A stretch of 64,000 bases of DNA from Longimicrobiales bacterium (GCA_965202805.1 OZ241869.1:2656001-2720000), one strand, 5' to 3'. Counted from the stretch's first letter, positions 38,487 to 48,333 are shown. Made by a program: numbers and translations. The notes: generated from the sequence alone by a model not told the origin.

Positions 38487-38876
38487 ATGACCACGAGTTC
38501 GGCCAGCACGCCAAGGAGCGAGAATCAGCCCGACAAGCACGCCGAGGCGCGCCGACAGCTGATCGCCCTGATCCGGCAGCCACGGCGACGGGTGAGTGCA
38601 TGGTCTCTCGAGCGCCCCACCGACATCCGGTACGAGGAGGTTTGGAATCCCGAGTCCGGGATGTACCTGACCGAGAAGGGTATGTGGCATATGATCGAGC
38701 GCTTCCTCGGGGAGGGAGTCCCGCTCCGGCAGCAGACGCTGGATCAGCCTGCGGGCGAGAAGGCGTGGGTGTGCCTGTTTCGGCTCGCGGCAGACCAACC
38801 GCGCATCTACGTCAAACTTCAGATGATCGGGTCTCGTGTCCATCTTCGCAGCTTCCATTACTCCGATCCGAGGTGA
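38487..38876 (+). CDS. MqsR-like (RelE-fold) toxin
   Basis: C-terminal IYVKLQ....V.LRSFH pattern; directly upstream of the MqsA-like gene. Confidence 0.65.
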   Translation: MTTSSASTPRSENQPDKHAEARRQLIALIRQPRRRVSAWSLERPTDIRYEEVWNPESGMYLTEKGMWHMIERFLGEGVPLRQQTLDQPAGEKAWVCLFRLAADQPRIYVKLQMIGSRVHLRSFHYSDPR

Positions 38877-38882
38877 TCCGGA

Positions 38883-39452
38883 ATGGCTAAGATTGCTTCA
38901 CCCCCGACCGTCCTCCGTGAGATTGACGGACCTGAGATCTGCGGGTCGTGCGAAACCCCGGGCCTCAGGACGGAACTCGTCCGGGACCCATTCATTTACG
39001 GCGCTGGTGAAGACGCCGTTGAACTCGCCGTCGAGATCCCCGTCCATACCTGTTCGTACTGCGGGTCGTACACAGGCGAGGCGGCGGCGGACATCAGACA
39101 CGACGCGGTGTGCCGGCACCTCGGGCTCCTGACACCGAACGAGATTCGGGAGCTTCGCGGAGTATACGAGATGTCCCGTGCCGCCTTCGCGACGTTGACC
39201 GGCCTCGGCGAAGCAACCATCGCCCGCTGGGAAAGACGCGAGGTGATCCAGAACGTCGCAAACGACCGTTACCTGAGGCTGCTCCAGAATCCGGCCATCT
39301 TCCTCCAGCTCAAGGCGTTGGCGCATCCTGGAGCCTCGGTGGACGCCGTCCGCGACTCGGTGATTGCCGTGCCGCATGTCCTGCAACTCGATCGCGCGAA
39401 GGAGTATCGCGACCGTGGCGCGGCCTTTTCGCTGCACGAGCACGCGGCCTGA
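38883..39452 (+). CDS. MqsA-family antitoxin (Zn ribbon + XRE HTH) with C-terminal extension
   Basis: CGSC...CSYCG; GLLTPNEIRELR...SRAAFA.L.G.GEATIARWE...Q..AND..LRL. Confidence 0.88.
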   Translation: MAKIASPPTVLREIDGPEICGSCETPGLRTELVRDPFIYGAGEDAVELAVEIPVHTCSYCGSYTGEAAADIRHDAVCRHLGLLTPNEIRELRGVYEMSRAAFATLTGLGEATIARWERREVIQNVANDRYLRLLQNPAIFLQLKALAHPGASVDAVRDSVIAVPHVLQLDRAKEYRDRGAAFSLHEHAA

Positions 39453-41326
39453 TGTACGTCGTCACCTTCTACTCCTTCAAGGGCGGCGTCGGTCGCACGC
39501 TCGCGCTGCTCAACGTGGCCTACGAGTTGGCAGACTCCGGCCAGCGTGTACTGGTCGTCGACTTCGACCTGGAGGCACCTGCGATCCGCGCCGACCGGTG
39601 GAACAGGGACGCGCAAGATGGCGACGTGGCGCGAGTGGGCCAGTTGTCGGAAAACCGGGGCGTGGTAGAGTACGTCGGCCAGTACCTCCAGACGATGCGG
39701 GTCCCCGACGTCCGGGAGTTCATCGTCGACGCCACCACGCCCGAGAATTGTCAGGGACAAATCTCCGTGATGCCTGCCGGAGAGCTGAACGACAGCTATG
39801 GCCAGCGCCTGAACGCCATCGACTGGAACGAGCTCTACCAGCTCCGCGACGGCTATGTAATGTTCGAGGATACACGAGCTCAGTGGGATGCCGCCGGGTT
39901 CGACTACGTCCTGCTGGACTCCCGCACCGGGTTCACCGATGTGGGCGGGATCTGCACCCGCCACCTGCCCGACGCCGTCGTCTCGCTGTTCCGCCCGGAC
40001 GATCAGAGCCTGAACGGCACCCGACAGGTTGTCGAGGCCATCCGCAAGGAGGAGCAAACGCCCCGGAGGAGACAGGAGATCGAACAACATTTCGTCATGG
40101 CCGGGATACCGGATGCCGACGACGAGCATGGCCACCTGGCTGCGAGAAGGAGGCTGTTCAGGACAGAGCTCAGCATTCCCGGCCCTGAACGACTGTTGGA
40201 GATCAGGCACTACCCCAGCATGGACCTGCTGACCCAGCCGATCTACACGCAGACCCGCAGCGGGACCCGCCTGGCCCGTTCGTATCGAATCCTTGCGCGC
40301 AGGATTCGTGCCTGGAACATCGGCGACCGAAAGGGCATTCTGGACGGTCTTCGCGACCGCCGTCGCTTCGCAGACTCGCGTGCGTTGGACGACTTCCTGG
40401 CCCAGGTCAGGAGGCGGTACCACAACGACGCGGACGTTCTCATCGAACTCGCAGAAACATACGAATCCCGAGGATCGATCCTGAAGGCCGCCGAGCTGCT
40501 CGACAGGGCGGCCGAACTCCGCCCCGCGATGACCCACAAGCAGCTCCTGCATTTGGCGCGCGCACGGCACCGGACCGAGGACCGGCAAGGTGCCCTGCGG
40601 GCCCTGCGGTCGTTCTTCCAGACGGATGTCCATCACCCGTCTTCGGAGAACCTGTTCCTGCTCTTGATGGAAGCACTTGACTTGCTCGAAACGCTCGGGG
40701 AGGACGCCGCGGGACTCGCTGCTGAGGCGCCAATCATTGCGGAGCTCTCGCCTCGGACGCGCGTCCATGTGGCATCGCGGCTTAATCGGTCAGTGGGCGA
40801 GCGTCGCGTGGCCATTTCGATATTTGAGACACTTCTCGACGAAGACACTCTCTCAACCAGACAGAAGGCGAGCTGGGCGTGGCGCCTTGCCCTTGCCCGC
40901 ATGGCCGTGGGGGACTACGACCGCGCCGGGGCGGTTTTCCGGTCAGAACTGGACGATTCCGCGTCTCGTTCTGCCGTGCCCACCGCGTTCAATCTGGCCA
41001 TGGCCGAGTGGGCGATGGCCGGTAAGCCGAATGAAGACGCCTTCCGCGCCGTGGTGAAGCGCATGGACGAAGAAGACGACGGCGATTGGCAGCGAGACAA
41101 CGCCAGCGGACTCCAAGGCGTGGCCGTCGTACAGTGGTTCGGAAACCGCCGGGAGCAGGCCACAAGCAGCCTGGATGCGGCCGAGAAGGCCTTGGGCCGC
41201 ACCGCGATCAGCTGCTGGTCCTACACCCGCGTCCCACGCAAGACTTTCCTGGAGCACTGCGCCGAGATCCGCCGACTCTTCGCCGGCGAGGACATCCAAC
41301 CAGTCTTCATGCGAGGCGGTTGCTGA
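39452..41326 (+). CDS. KGGVGR-variant ParA/MinD-family ATPase with C-terminal TPR-like helical region
   Basis: VTFYSFKGGVGRT, VLVVDFDLEAP, DYVLLDSRTG; ATG overlaps the antitoxin stop (TGATG). Confidence 0.88.
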   Translation: MYVVTFYSFKGGVGRTLALLNVAYELADSGQRVLVVDFDLEAPAIRADRWNRDAQDGDVARVGQLSENRGVVEYVGQYLQTMRVPDVREFIVDATTPENCQGQISVMPAGELNDSYGQRLNAIDWNELYQLRDGYVMFEDTRAQWDAAGFDYVLLDSRTGFTDVGGICTRHLPDAVVSLFRPDDQSLNGTRQVVEAIRKEEQTPRRRQEIEQHFVMAGIPDADDEHGHLAARRRLFRTELSIPGPERLLEIRHYPSMDLLTQPIYTQTRSGTRLARSYRILARRIRAWNIGDRKGILDGLRDRRRFADSRALDDFLAQVRRRYHNDADVLIELAETYESRGSILKAAELLDRAAELRPAMTHKQLLHLARARHRTEDRQGALRALRSFFQTDVHHPSSENLFLLLMEALDLLETLGEDAAGLAAEAPIIAELSPRTRVHVASRLNRSVGERRVAISIFETLLDEDTLSTRQKASWAWRLALARMAVGDYDRAGAVFRSELDDSASRSAVPTAFNLAMAEWAMAGKPNEDAFRAVVKRMDEEDDGDWQRDNASGLQGVAVVQWFGNRREQATSSLDAAEKALGRTAISCWSYTRVPRKTFLEHCAEIRRLFAGEDIQPVFMRGGC

Positions 41327-41348
41327 AGGGCTTGAGAGAGGAAACGCG

Positions 41349-41633
41349 ATGAGCACGTTCGGAGAAGACCTGATCCGGTCGCTGAAGGAAGTTTTGGCTC
41401 ACAGTAAGGGCGAAGGCCCCGCCATCGTTCACGCCCCGGTGACCCCGCGCGAGGTCCGGGAACAGGCCAAGCTGACACAGTCTCAGATGGCAGCCCTGAT
41501 GGGTATGAGCCTGTCCGGCTACCGGAAATGGGAGCAGGGAACGCGCCGCGTCAGCGGCCCGGCCGCGACGCTTCTGCGCATCATCCAGCACGAACCCGCC
41601 GCGGTCAGGCGTGCGCTGCTGGCGTCGCCTTGA
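41349..41633 (+). CDS. HigA-like XRE HTH antitoxin/regulator, no adjacent HigB toxin
   Basis: F..DLI.SL.E..AH, LTQ.Q.A......WEQG.R..SGPA..LL. Confidence 0.85.
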   Translation: MSTFGEDLIRSLKEVLAHSKGEGPAIVHAPVTPREVREQAKLTQSQMAALMGMSLSGYRKWEQGTRRVSGPAATLLRIIQHEPAAVRRALLASP

Positions 41634-41679
41634 AGGACACGTCTTGCTGCCCGGTGACAAGCCCGAGCCAGGGAAGCCC

Positions 41680-42987
41680 ATGAAGCCGCTACGCCGCGCA
41701 GTTCCCATCTCGTGCCTGCTGGCGCTGCTTCCGGCCCTCGGTTGTCAGGAGGTGCCGGAGCCTGGCCAGCGGCTCGATCCCGGCGTGGATACCGCGCCGG
41801 CGACGGTAACCGATTCCGCAGGGGTGAGCATTGCTACAATCCCCAACCTGCTCGCCCTGGACCTTCCTGAACTCGGCCTGACGCTGCTTCACTCCACGGT
41901 CGACGATCTTGACCTGGTCGAGGTGGTGGGTGCGGTTCTGCTACCCGATTCGTCGCTGGTCATCGCTGACAAGGCCGCGCCCAACCTCAGCTTCCTGCAT
42001 CCGGACGGAAGCCTGCGGGCGCAGGTGGGCCGGGAGGGAGAGGGTCCGGGCGAATACACCGATCTCTCGCGCATCGGGCTCACCGGCGATGGATCGCTGT
42101 TCGCCTATGACCGGGCCCTGCGCCGGTTCACGTTTCTCGATCGCGAGGGCGGCGTCATCGGGGTCCGGCGAAGCGGATGCATTGCTGCGACGGGAGAAGC
42201 CGTTCCCCTTGCGGATGTGAGCGGGCAAGGCTTCATCGGCGTCCTCGAGACCCGGCCCGATCTCCCGCCGGGCGTGCAACGCGCCCCGCTGTTCCTGGTG
42301 ACCTGTGCGGGCACCGAAGGATCGTTCGAGACATCGGGGGAGTGGGCGGGCAAGGAGCGCTACGTCACATCGAATCAGTGGATCGCCGTCGGGTTCGGTC
42401 GGACGGCACTGTACGATGGGCGGGGAAACCATACGGTCCTCGGCACCAACGACTCGTTGGACCTGACGCTGTACGAGGGAACGGCCGTGCGTACCAGGGT
42501 CCGCGGCGGTTCTTCCATGCGGATGGTGACCCCGCAGGAACGCGAGGAATGGACCGATCTGTACCTGGACATGTTCCCCGAGGTCGCCCGGGCGGACAGG
42601 CGGAGGAGATTGGAGCAGTCAGAGGTTCGGGACGCGTATCCGTCCTTCGGGGCCATCAAGGTGGATGGCGGTGGCAGGATATGGATCGGAGACTACGCGA
42701 AGCTGTCGGCCGAGCAGCGACTGTGGACGGTTCTCGGTGCGGACGGAACGCCGGTCGGCTCCGTTCATCTCCCGGTCTTCCGTCCGGATTGGCTGCAGAT
42801 CCGTGAAGGCTCAATCACCGGCCGGGCGCTGGTCGAGTGGGAAGTCACCATCCCCAGCCCGGTCCACGAGTTACTGGACATCGCCGGCGAGCGCATCGCG
42901 GTGCTGGGCAAGGACGAGTTCGGTCGCGAGTTCGTCGAGGTGTACGAGGTCGGGATGCCCGGGGAAGGGACAGCCCCGCCACGCTAG
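41680..42987 (+). CDS. 6-bladed beta-propeller lipoprotein
   Basis: ALGC lipobox; DSAGV, GREGEGPGEY and D..G.IW motifs. Confidence 0.8.
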   Translation: MKPLRRAVPISCLLALLPALGCQEVPEPGQRLDPGVDTAPATVTDSAGVSIATIPNLLALDLPELGLTLLHSTVDDLDLVEVVGAVLLPDSSLVIADKAAPNLSFLHPDGSLRAQVGREGEGPGEYTDLSRIGLTGDGSLFAYDRALRRFTFLDREGGVIGVRRSGCIAATGEAVPLADVSGQGFIGVLETRPDLPPGVQRAPLFLVTCAGTEGSFETSGEWAGKERYVTSNQWIAVGFGRTALYDGRGNHTVLGTNDSLDLTLYEGTAVRTRVRGGSSMRMVTPQEREEWTDLYLDMFPEVARADRRRRLEQSEVRDAYPSFGAIKVDGGGRIWIGDYAKLSAEQRLWTVLGADGTPVGSVHLPVFRPDWLQIREGSITGRALVEWEVTIPSPVHELLDIAGERIAVLGKDEFGREFVEVYEVGMPGEGTAPPR

Positions 42988-42992
42988 CTCGG

Positions 42993-44249
42993 TCACGGAG
43001 CGCCGAAGCCGAGCGCCCGCGCGAGGTCTTCGTGCTCGAACGCCGACTCCATGCGATCGATTTCCCTTCGACCCCCGCCGAGTCGCGCGGCGACCTCTCG
43101 CCACTCGGAGACCGCCTTCCCTGCCGCGCCCGCAATCCGTCTGGCGTGTTTCGGGCCCAGGCCGTAATACTCCGCGGTGGCCAGCGCCTGGTCGAGCGAA
43201 GCGGTGCCATCGAATTCGTCGATGTATGTCGTAAGGACCCGGGGGCTCACGTCCGTCGGCACGGGATTCAGGTCGTAGGCCGGTGAGAGGCGCCAGCCCC
43301 TTCCGATCTCGTAGAGGAATCCGTGGTTCCGCAGATGATCGTCGGTGTTCGAGATGAGGACGCTGAAAACGACGCGTCTCCACAGCTCGGCGAGGTCGGT
43401 TCGTGCCGCCGCTCCGTGACTGCGCAGCGCCTCGGCCAGCTCGAGATACGAGCGCCGCTCGTTGTCGCGGGCATCCAGCATGCTCATCGTCGAGAGAAAC
43501 GGCACCCGATGGCTTCCCTCGCGGTCGAACCGCTGAAGAACCAGGATTCGCCTTCCGGCAACGGTCTCCAGTCGCCACGCGGGGACCCGGATCCCGGCGC
43601 GTTTCGCGAGCGCGAGCGCGACTCCTTCCCAGAGCACGATGTCGCGGTCGTCCTCGGTGCCTGGAAACTTCGCCAGCACCAACTCGCCGCCGTCGTCCCT
43701 GACCGCGGCCTTGGGCCGGGTGCCGCCGAGGGACGATCCGGGACCGACCAGCAGGCGAAGGTCGTCGTCCTTCTCGCGCCGGCGAAGAACCCGCCTCGAG
43801 GCCGCCACGAGCCGGCGCAGATCGACCAGCGGAGGAACGCGCATCGCGCCCGCTTCGGCGAGAAACGGCCCTTCCCGCTGCGGCGAGAATCTGAGCGCGC
43901 CCATCCGGATTTCGTCGTCCACGCGAAGAAGGAAATCGGATTCGAACAGAGTCCGGGGAGCTCGCCCTTCCAACCTCGCCCGCCTGACTTCGGCACGGCG
44001 GAGGAGCACCCGGCCCCAGCGGTCCGGCGCCGAATCGCCGAGGGACCCGAAGAGTCTGCCGCGCGTGTGGTACGGGCCCGGTCCAACCGTCAGCGCGGGC
44101 TCGAGGGCGAAGCGCTGGGGGTGGTCCATCCACGCCGCATCGTATTCGAACGATGCGCTCTCGCGGCCGCCGCGAACGCGAATCCACAGCCGGCCGGCTC
44201 GCATGGGCTCACCCCGCAGATCGACGTGAACCAGGACGGGGGTGTCCAT
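42993..44249 (-). CDS. hipA: HipA-family Ser/Thr kinase toxin
   Basis: GSSLGG.RPKA, NTDDHLRNHGF and LSPAYD motifs. Confidence 0.93.
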   Translation of the reverse strand: MDTPVLVHVDLRGEPMRAGRLWIRVRGGRESASFEYDAAWMDHPQRFALEPALTVGPGPYHTRGRLFGSLGDSAPDRWGRVLLRRAEVRRARLEGRAPRTLFESDFLLRVDDEIRMGALRFSPQREGPFLAEAGAMRVPPLVDLRRLVAASRRVLRRREKDDDLRLLVGPGSSLGGTRPKAAVRDDGGELVLAKFPGTEDDRDIVLWEGVALALAKRAGIRVPAWRLETVAGRRILVLQRFDREGSHRVPFLSTMSMLDARDNERRSYLELAEALRSHGAAARTDLAELWRRVVFSVLISNTDDHLRNHGFLYEIGRGWRLSPAYDLNPVPTDVSPRVLTTYIDEFDGTASLDQALATAEYYGLGPKHARRIAGAAGKAVSEWREVAARLGGGRREIDRMESAFEHEDLARALGFGAP

Positions 44250-44611
44250 CAGTCGTCGGCGCCCGCAAGACGCGTCTCGCCCCTCCGACGTTCGGCCGAG
44301 GGCACGCGCACGCGCTGAGGCAGGCGCTCCTCCAGCAGATCGAGCCCGATCCCGTCCCGGCTGCGGTCAGCCAGCTCCGAAATGCCGTCGTGCATCCCCA
44401 GGACGAACAGGACCGTGGCGTACATGCCCATGGAGACGCCCGCGTCACCCCGTTCGATCCTGTGCAGCGTCGTGCGGCTGATCAGCGCGCGCTCGGCCAT
44501 CGTCGATGCGCGGATGCGGCGGCGCAGCCGGGCGTCCCGGATGTCGCTCCCCAGCTTCCTGAGGATGCGCCGGACCGGAAGCGGCAGCGTGCCGCGGATG
44601 TAGGAAGGCAT
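44249..44611 (-). CDS. HipB-like XRE HTH antitoxin
   Basis: LG.DIR.ARLRR.....AERA.ISR.TL.RIE.GD; stop overlaps the hipA start. Confidence 0.88.
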   Translation of the reverse strand: MPSYIRGTLPLPVRRILRKLGSDIRDARLRRRIRASTMAERALISRTTLHRIERGDAGVSMGMYATVLFVLGMHDGISELADRSRDGIGLDLLEERLPQRVRVPSAERRRGETRLAGADD

Positions 44612-44621
44612 CTGATGATCC

Positions 44622-44685
44622 TTTACCGTCCAGTAATACAGGTGTGAATGCAGTTAGCGTATATGATACTGTACGGTATGGTAAA
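44622..44685 (-). promoter_or_regulatory. Inverted-repeat operator upstream of hipBA
   Basis: TACCGTCCAGTA ... TACTGTACGGTA (11/12 inverted match) in an AT-rich stretch. Confidence 0.55.
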
Positions 44686-44792
44686 ACGCACCCCCACGGA
44701 CAACTCGTTCTCACGCGCCGGTCTCGCGGAGAGAAGCCGTCTCTGCCAGATTCAGAATCCCTCAATCCACGAACCGCAGAAAAGGGAGCCCC

Positions 44793-46538
44793 ATGGCGCT
44801 GCCAGCCAGCCGATCCGGTCCCGCTGTTCGATTCCAACCCGACGAGAATCCCGGCTTGCCCGTCACCATCGGACTGGCGCTGCAGTACTGTCTGCTCACT
44901 GTGGGGCCGATCGTTCTGACCGTCGCGATCGTGGTACGGGCGGCCGGCCAGAGCGAGCTCTTTCTGTCGTGGGCGGCGTGCGCGGCGCTGCTGGTGAGCG
45001 GCATTGCGACGATGGTCCAGGCTCAACGCGTGGGACGCCTCGGGGCGGGATACATCCTGCTGATGGGCACGTCGGGGGCCTTCATCGCGGTGGCGGTGAC
45101 GGCGCTGGTGCAGGGGGGGCCGGCGTTGCTGGCGACGCTGGTGGCGGTCTCGGCGGTGTTTCAGTTTGCGCTGGCGTCGCGGCTGTCGCTGCTGCGGCGG
45201 ATCATCACGCCGACCGTAGCGGGGACGGTGATCATGCTGATCGCCGTGACGGTGATGCCGCTGATCCTCGACCTGATCGGGCGGGTGCCCGAGGGGGTGG
45301 CGCCGGCGGCCGGGCCGGTCACGGCCGCGGTGACCCTCGGCGTCACGATGGTGATCGTGCTGCGCGCTTCCGGGGCGATGCGGCTGTGGGGTCCCGTGAT
45401 CGGGATCGTGGCCGGGAGCGCGGTCGCCGGCTTCTTCGGCGTGTTCTCGTGGGATGCGGTGGCCGCGGCCCCCTGGTTCGGACTGCCGCTGGCGGGCTGG
45501 CCGGGATTCGACTTCAGCTTCGGGCCCGTGTTCTGGGCGCTGCTTCCGGCGTTCGTGTTCGTCACGCTGGTGGGGGCGATTGAGACCATCGGCGATGCGG
45601 TGGCCGTGCAGCGCGTGTCGTGGCGGAAGGAGCGGGCCACGGACTTTCGCGGGGTGCAGGGGGCGGTCATGGCGGACGGCCTGGGCAACCTCCTCTCGGG
45701 ACTGCTCGCCACGGTTCCCAACACGACCTATTCGAGCAGCGTCGCAATCGTGGAGATCACCGGCGTGGCCGCGCGGCGGGTGGGCGTCGCCATCGGCGTC
45801 GGGTTCTGCGCGCTGGCCCTGCTCCCCAAGCTGGTGGCGGTGATCCTCTCGGTCCCGGACGCGATCATCGGCACCTACCTGATCGTGCTGATCGCGATCC
45901 TTTTCGTTCTGGGCATGCGCATCGTCGTGGCGGACGGCATGAACTATCGGAAGGCGGCCATCGTCGGCGTCTCGTTCTGGGTCGGCTACGGCTTCCAGAG
46001 CGGCGGCCTGTTCATAGACCGGATGACCCCGTTTTTCGCTGAGATGCTCGGGAACGGCATGACCTCGGGCGGGCTCACGGCGCTCGCGCTGTCGGTGTTC
46101 GTCGAGCTCGCCGGACCGCGCCGCAAGCGTCTGGTGACCACGCTCGACGTGGACGCTTTGCCCGGGATCAGGGCGTTCATCGAGAGCTGCGCGGCGCGTG
46201 CGGGATGGGGCGCCGGCATGCTCCAGCGGGTCCACCTGGCTTCGGAAGAGGCGCTGGTGAGCCTGATGGGCGACGAGGGCGGCGCCGACGGCCCGGCGCG
46301 GCGGCTGCGACTCGGCGTGCGTCTCGAGCGCGAGGCGGCGGAACTGGAGTTCCTCGCCGCGCCAGGGGAAGGGAACCTGGAAGACCGCATGGCGCTGGCC
46401 GCCGAGCAATCGGTCGAGATCGAGGCCCAGCGCGACTTCTCGTTGCGGCTGCTGCGGCACCTGGCCGGATCGGTCCGGCACCAGAAGTACCACGACACGG
46501 ACATTCTCACGGTGCGGGTGGAGGCGCCGGCCGCGTAG
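44793..46538 (+). CDS. NCS2 xanthine/uracil permease fused to an RsbW/HATPase_c-like domain
   Basis: LALQ, MGTSGAF, ETIGD, ADG.GN, NTTYS....EITGVAAR; C-terminal LASEEAL..SLRLLRHL. Confidence 0.85.
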   Translation: MALPASRSGPAVRFQPDENPGLPVTIGLALQYCLLTVGPIVLTVAIVVRAAGQSELFLSWAACAALLVSGIATMVQAQRVGRLGAGYILLMGTSGAFIAVAVTALVQGGPALLATLVAVSAVFQFALASRLSLLRRIITPTVAGTVIMLIAVTVMPLILDLIGRVPEGVAPAAGPVTAAVTLGVTMVIVLRASGAMRLWGPVIGIVAGSAVAGFFGVFSWDAVAAAPWFGLPLAGWPGFDFSFGPVFWALLPAFVFVTLVGAIETIGDAVAVQRVSWRKERATDFRGVQGAVMADGLGNLLSGLLATVPNTTYSSSVAIVEITGVAARRVGVAIGVGFCALALLPKLVAVILSVPDAIIGTYLIVLIAILFVLGMRIVVADGMNYRKAAIVGVSFWVGYGFQSGGLFIDRMTPFFAEMLGNGMTSGGLTALALSVFVELAGPRRKRLVTTLDVDALPGIRAFIESCAARAGWGAGMLQRVHLASEEALVSLMGDEGGADGPARRLRLGVRLEREAAELEFLAAPGEGNLEDRMALAAEQSVEIEAQRDFSLRLLRHLAGSVRHQKYHDTDILTVRVEAPAA

Positions 46539-46611
46539 GGCTCAGGCCCGGGGCATCCTTCGATCGCCTCCCGAATGGTTCTCCAGTACTTGGCCGGGTG
46601 ACTCGGCATCA

Positions 46612-46633
46612 TCAACTAAAATATTAGTTGACA
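46612..46633 (+). promoter_or_regulatory. 20-bp palindromic operator overlapping TTGACA upstream of tonB
   Basis: TCAACTAA-AATA-TTAGTTGA; TTGACA at 46628-46633. Confidence 0.6.
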
Positions 46634-46744
46634 GATCCGCTCTCGCTCTCCATCGTACCAATCGGTGTTCTTCGGAAGCGAGCGAGGGCCAACCGCCTGG
46701 TGCTCGACCGGCTCCGGGCAATGGCCACCCGACGAGGAGAGACG

Positions 46745-47431
46745 ATGAGCGACAAGGAATCCGTACAGGTGCAGGAAGGCCCGCCTCTCGAGACGGCGAA
46801 CGACCGCTTCAAGAGATCGTTCGACACCTGGTTCTGGGGATCGGTTCTGGCCGCGACCGTGGTTCACTTCGCGATGTTCATGTTCTGGCCGACATTGACC
46901 GCGGAGGACGTCTCCTTCGATTCCGAGGAGCTCGTGGCGATCGAACTCCCGCCCGAGATCGAGATTCCGCCGCCGCCCCAGGCGATCAGCCGGCCCGCGA
47001 CCCCCGTGATCGCCGCGGCCGACATCAGCGAGGACATCACGATCGCGCCGACCACCTTCGAGGACAATCCGGTCGAGGAGCTGCCTCCTCCGCCCGACGA
47101 GGAGGCCGTCGACATCTCGTCGGCGCCGTCGTTTACACCCTACACCGTCCGTCCGGACCTCATCAACCAGCGTGAAGTGGAGCGTGCGCTGGAGCGGGAG
47201 TATCCCCCGATCCTGCGGGACAACGGGATCGGCGGGAGGGTGACCGTGCACTTCTTCATCGACGAGGAAGGGATCGTTCAGAACACCCTCGTCGCGGAGA
47301 CCTCGGGACACTCCTCGCTTGATGAGGCGGCGCTGCGCGTGGCCAACGTCTTCCGGTTCACCCCGGCGCTCAACCTGGACAAGGTGGTCCCGGTGTGGAT
47401 CGCGCTTCCCATCCAGTTCCAGACGCGTTAG
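46745..47431 (+). CDS. tonB: Energy transducer TonB
   Basis: N-terminal TM, Pro-rich linker, YP......GI.G.V.V.F.ID..G..SG...LD.AA...F.PA. Confidence 0.9.
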   Translation: MSDKESVQVQEGPPLETANDRFKRSFDTWFWGSVLAATVVHFAMFMFWPTLTAEDVSFDSEELVAIELPPEIEIPPPPQAISRPATPVIAAADISEDITIAPTTFEDNPVEELPPPPDEEAVDISSAPSFTPYTVRPDLINQREVERALEREYPPILRDNGIGGRVTVHFFIDEEGIVQNTLVAETSGHSSLDEAALRVANVFRFTPALNLDKVVPVWIALPIQFQTR

Positions 47432-48333
47432 TCGCGTCGGGCGGGCTCCTCGAGTATGACGGGCTCGTCGACACGGCCGTCGGATTCACGGTGCTCCGTG
47501 ACGGGCGCTCGGTGGTGTTCGATCCGGGTCACAGCGCATTCCAGGTGTTCGCGCCGGACGGGGAGTTCGAGCGCTCGGTGCGCATGCCCGGCACCTCATT
47601 CTACGGGATCCGGAACCTGTTGCCCGCCAGGGACGGCCGGAACGTCATCACGACAAGCATCTCGGCTTTCGGCATGGGAGGCCCCGCCGGCGGCCCCGAG
47701 CCATCGTTCCGCCCCATCTACCGATTGGTGCTGACCGGCGATGAGGCCGTGCAGGACACGGTGATCCGGGCGTGGCGCCCATCGGGAGACCCGGACGGCT
47801 TCGGGCCGGAGCTGGTTGCCGGGGCGCTGCCGGGGGGTGGGCTGGTCTACACCGACTCTTCCGCCTATGCGATCAAGGTTGCTGCCGGAGACGGGGAACT
47901 GACGCGTGTGCTCACCCGGCCGTTTCGGCCTGAACCCGTCACGGGCCGCATCAGGGAGCGGGAGATCGAACGCCAGTTGGAGGAAAACGAGGAGCGCGCC
48001 GCCAGATCGAATGCTCCGTTCGCCGCCGCCATGGCCGATAGGAGACGCGAGAGCATCCAGAACATGGAGTTCTACCCCGAGGTGCCGGTGGTCCGCGACC
48101 TGCAGACCAGCTGGGAGGGGACCATCTGGGTGCTTCGGCGCGGGGAGGAACCGGCGAGCGATGGCCCGATCGATGTGCTGACCCCGGACGGCCGCTACAT
48201 CGGGACCTTCCCTGCCGGCACGACCGGGTTGCCCGACGCGTTCGGGCCGGACGGGCTGGCCGCGTTCATCGAGCGTGACGAATTCGACGTGAGGAGCGTG
48301 GCGGTGCGGCGACTGCCGGCTGGTGTGAGGTGA
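47432..48333 (+). pseudogene. 5'-truncated 6-bladed beta-propeller protein
   Basis: GTIWV.R..IDVL..DG.Y.G..PDAFGP.G..A..ERDEFDV; no signal peptide or credible start. Confidence 0.65.

Noticed and set aside
39110..39451. N-terminal extension of the ParA-TPR ORF
   Set aside because: Overlaps the antitoxin gene; family-typical start is MYVVTFYSFK at 39452
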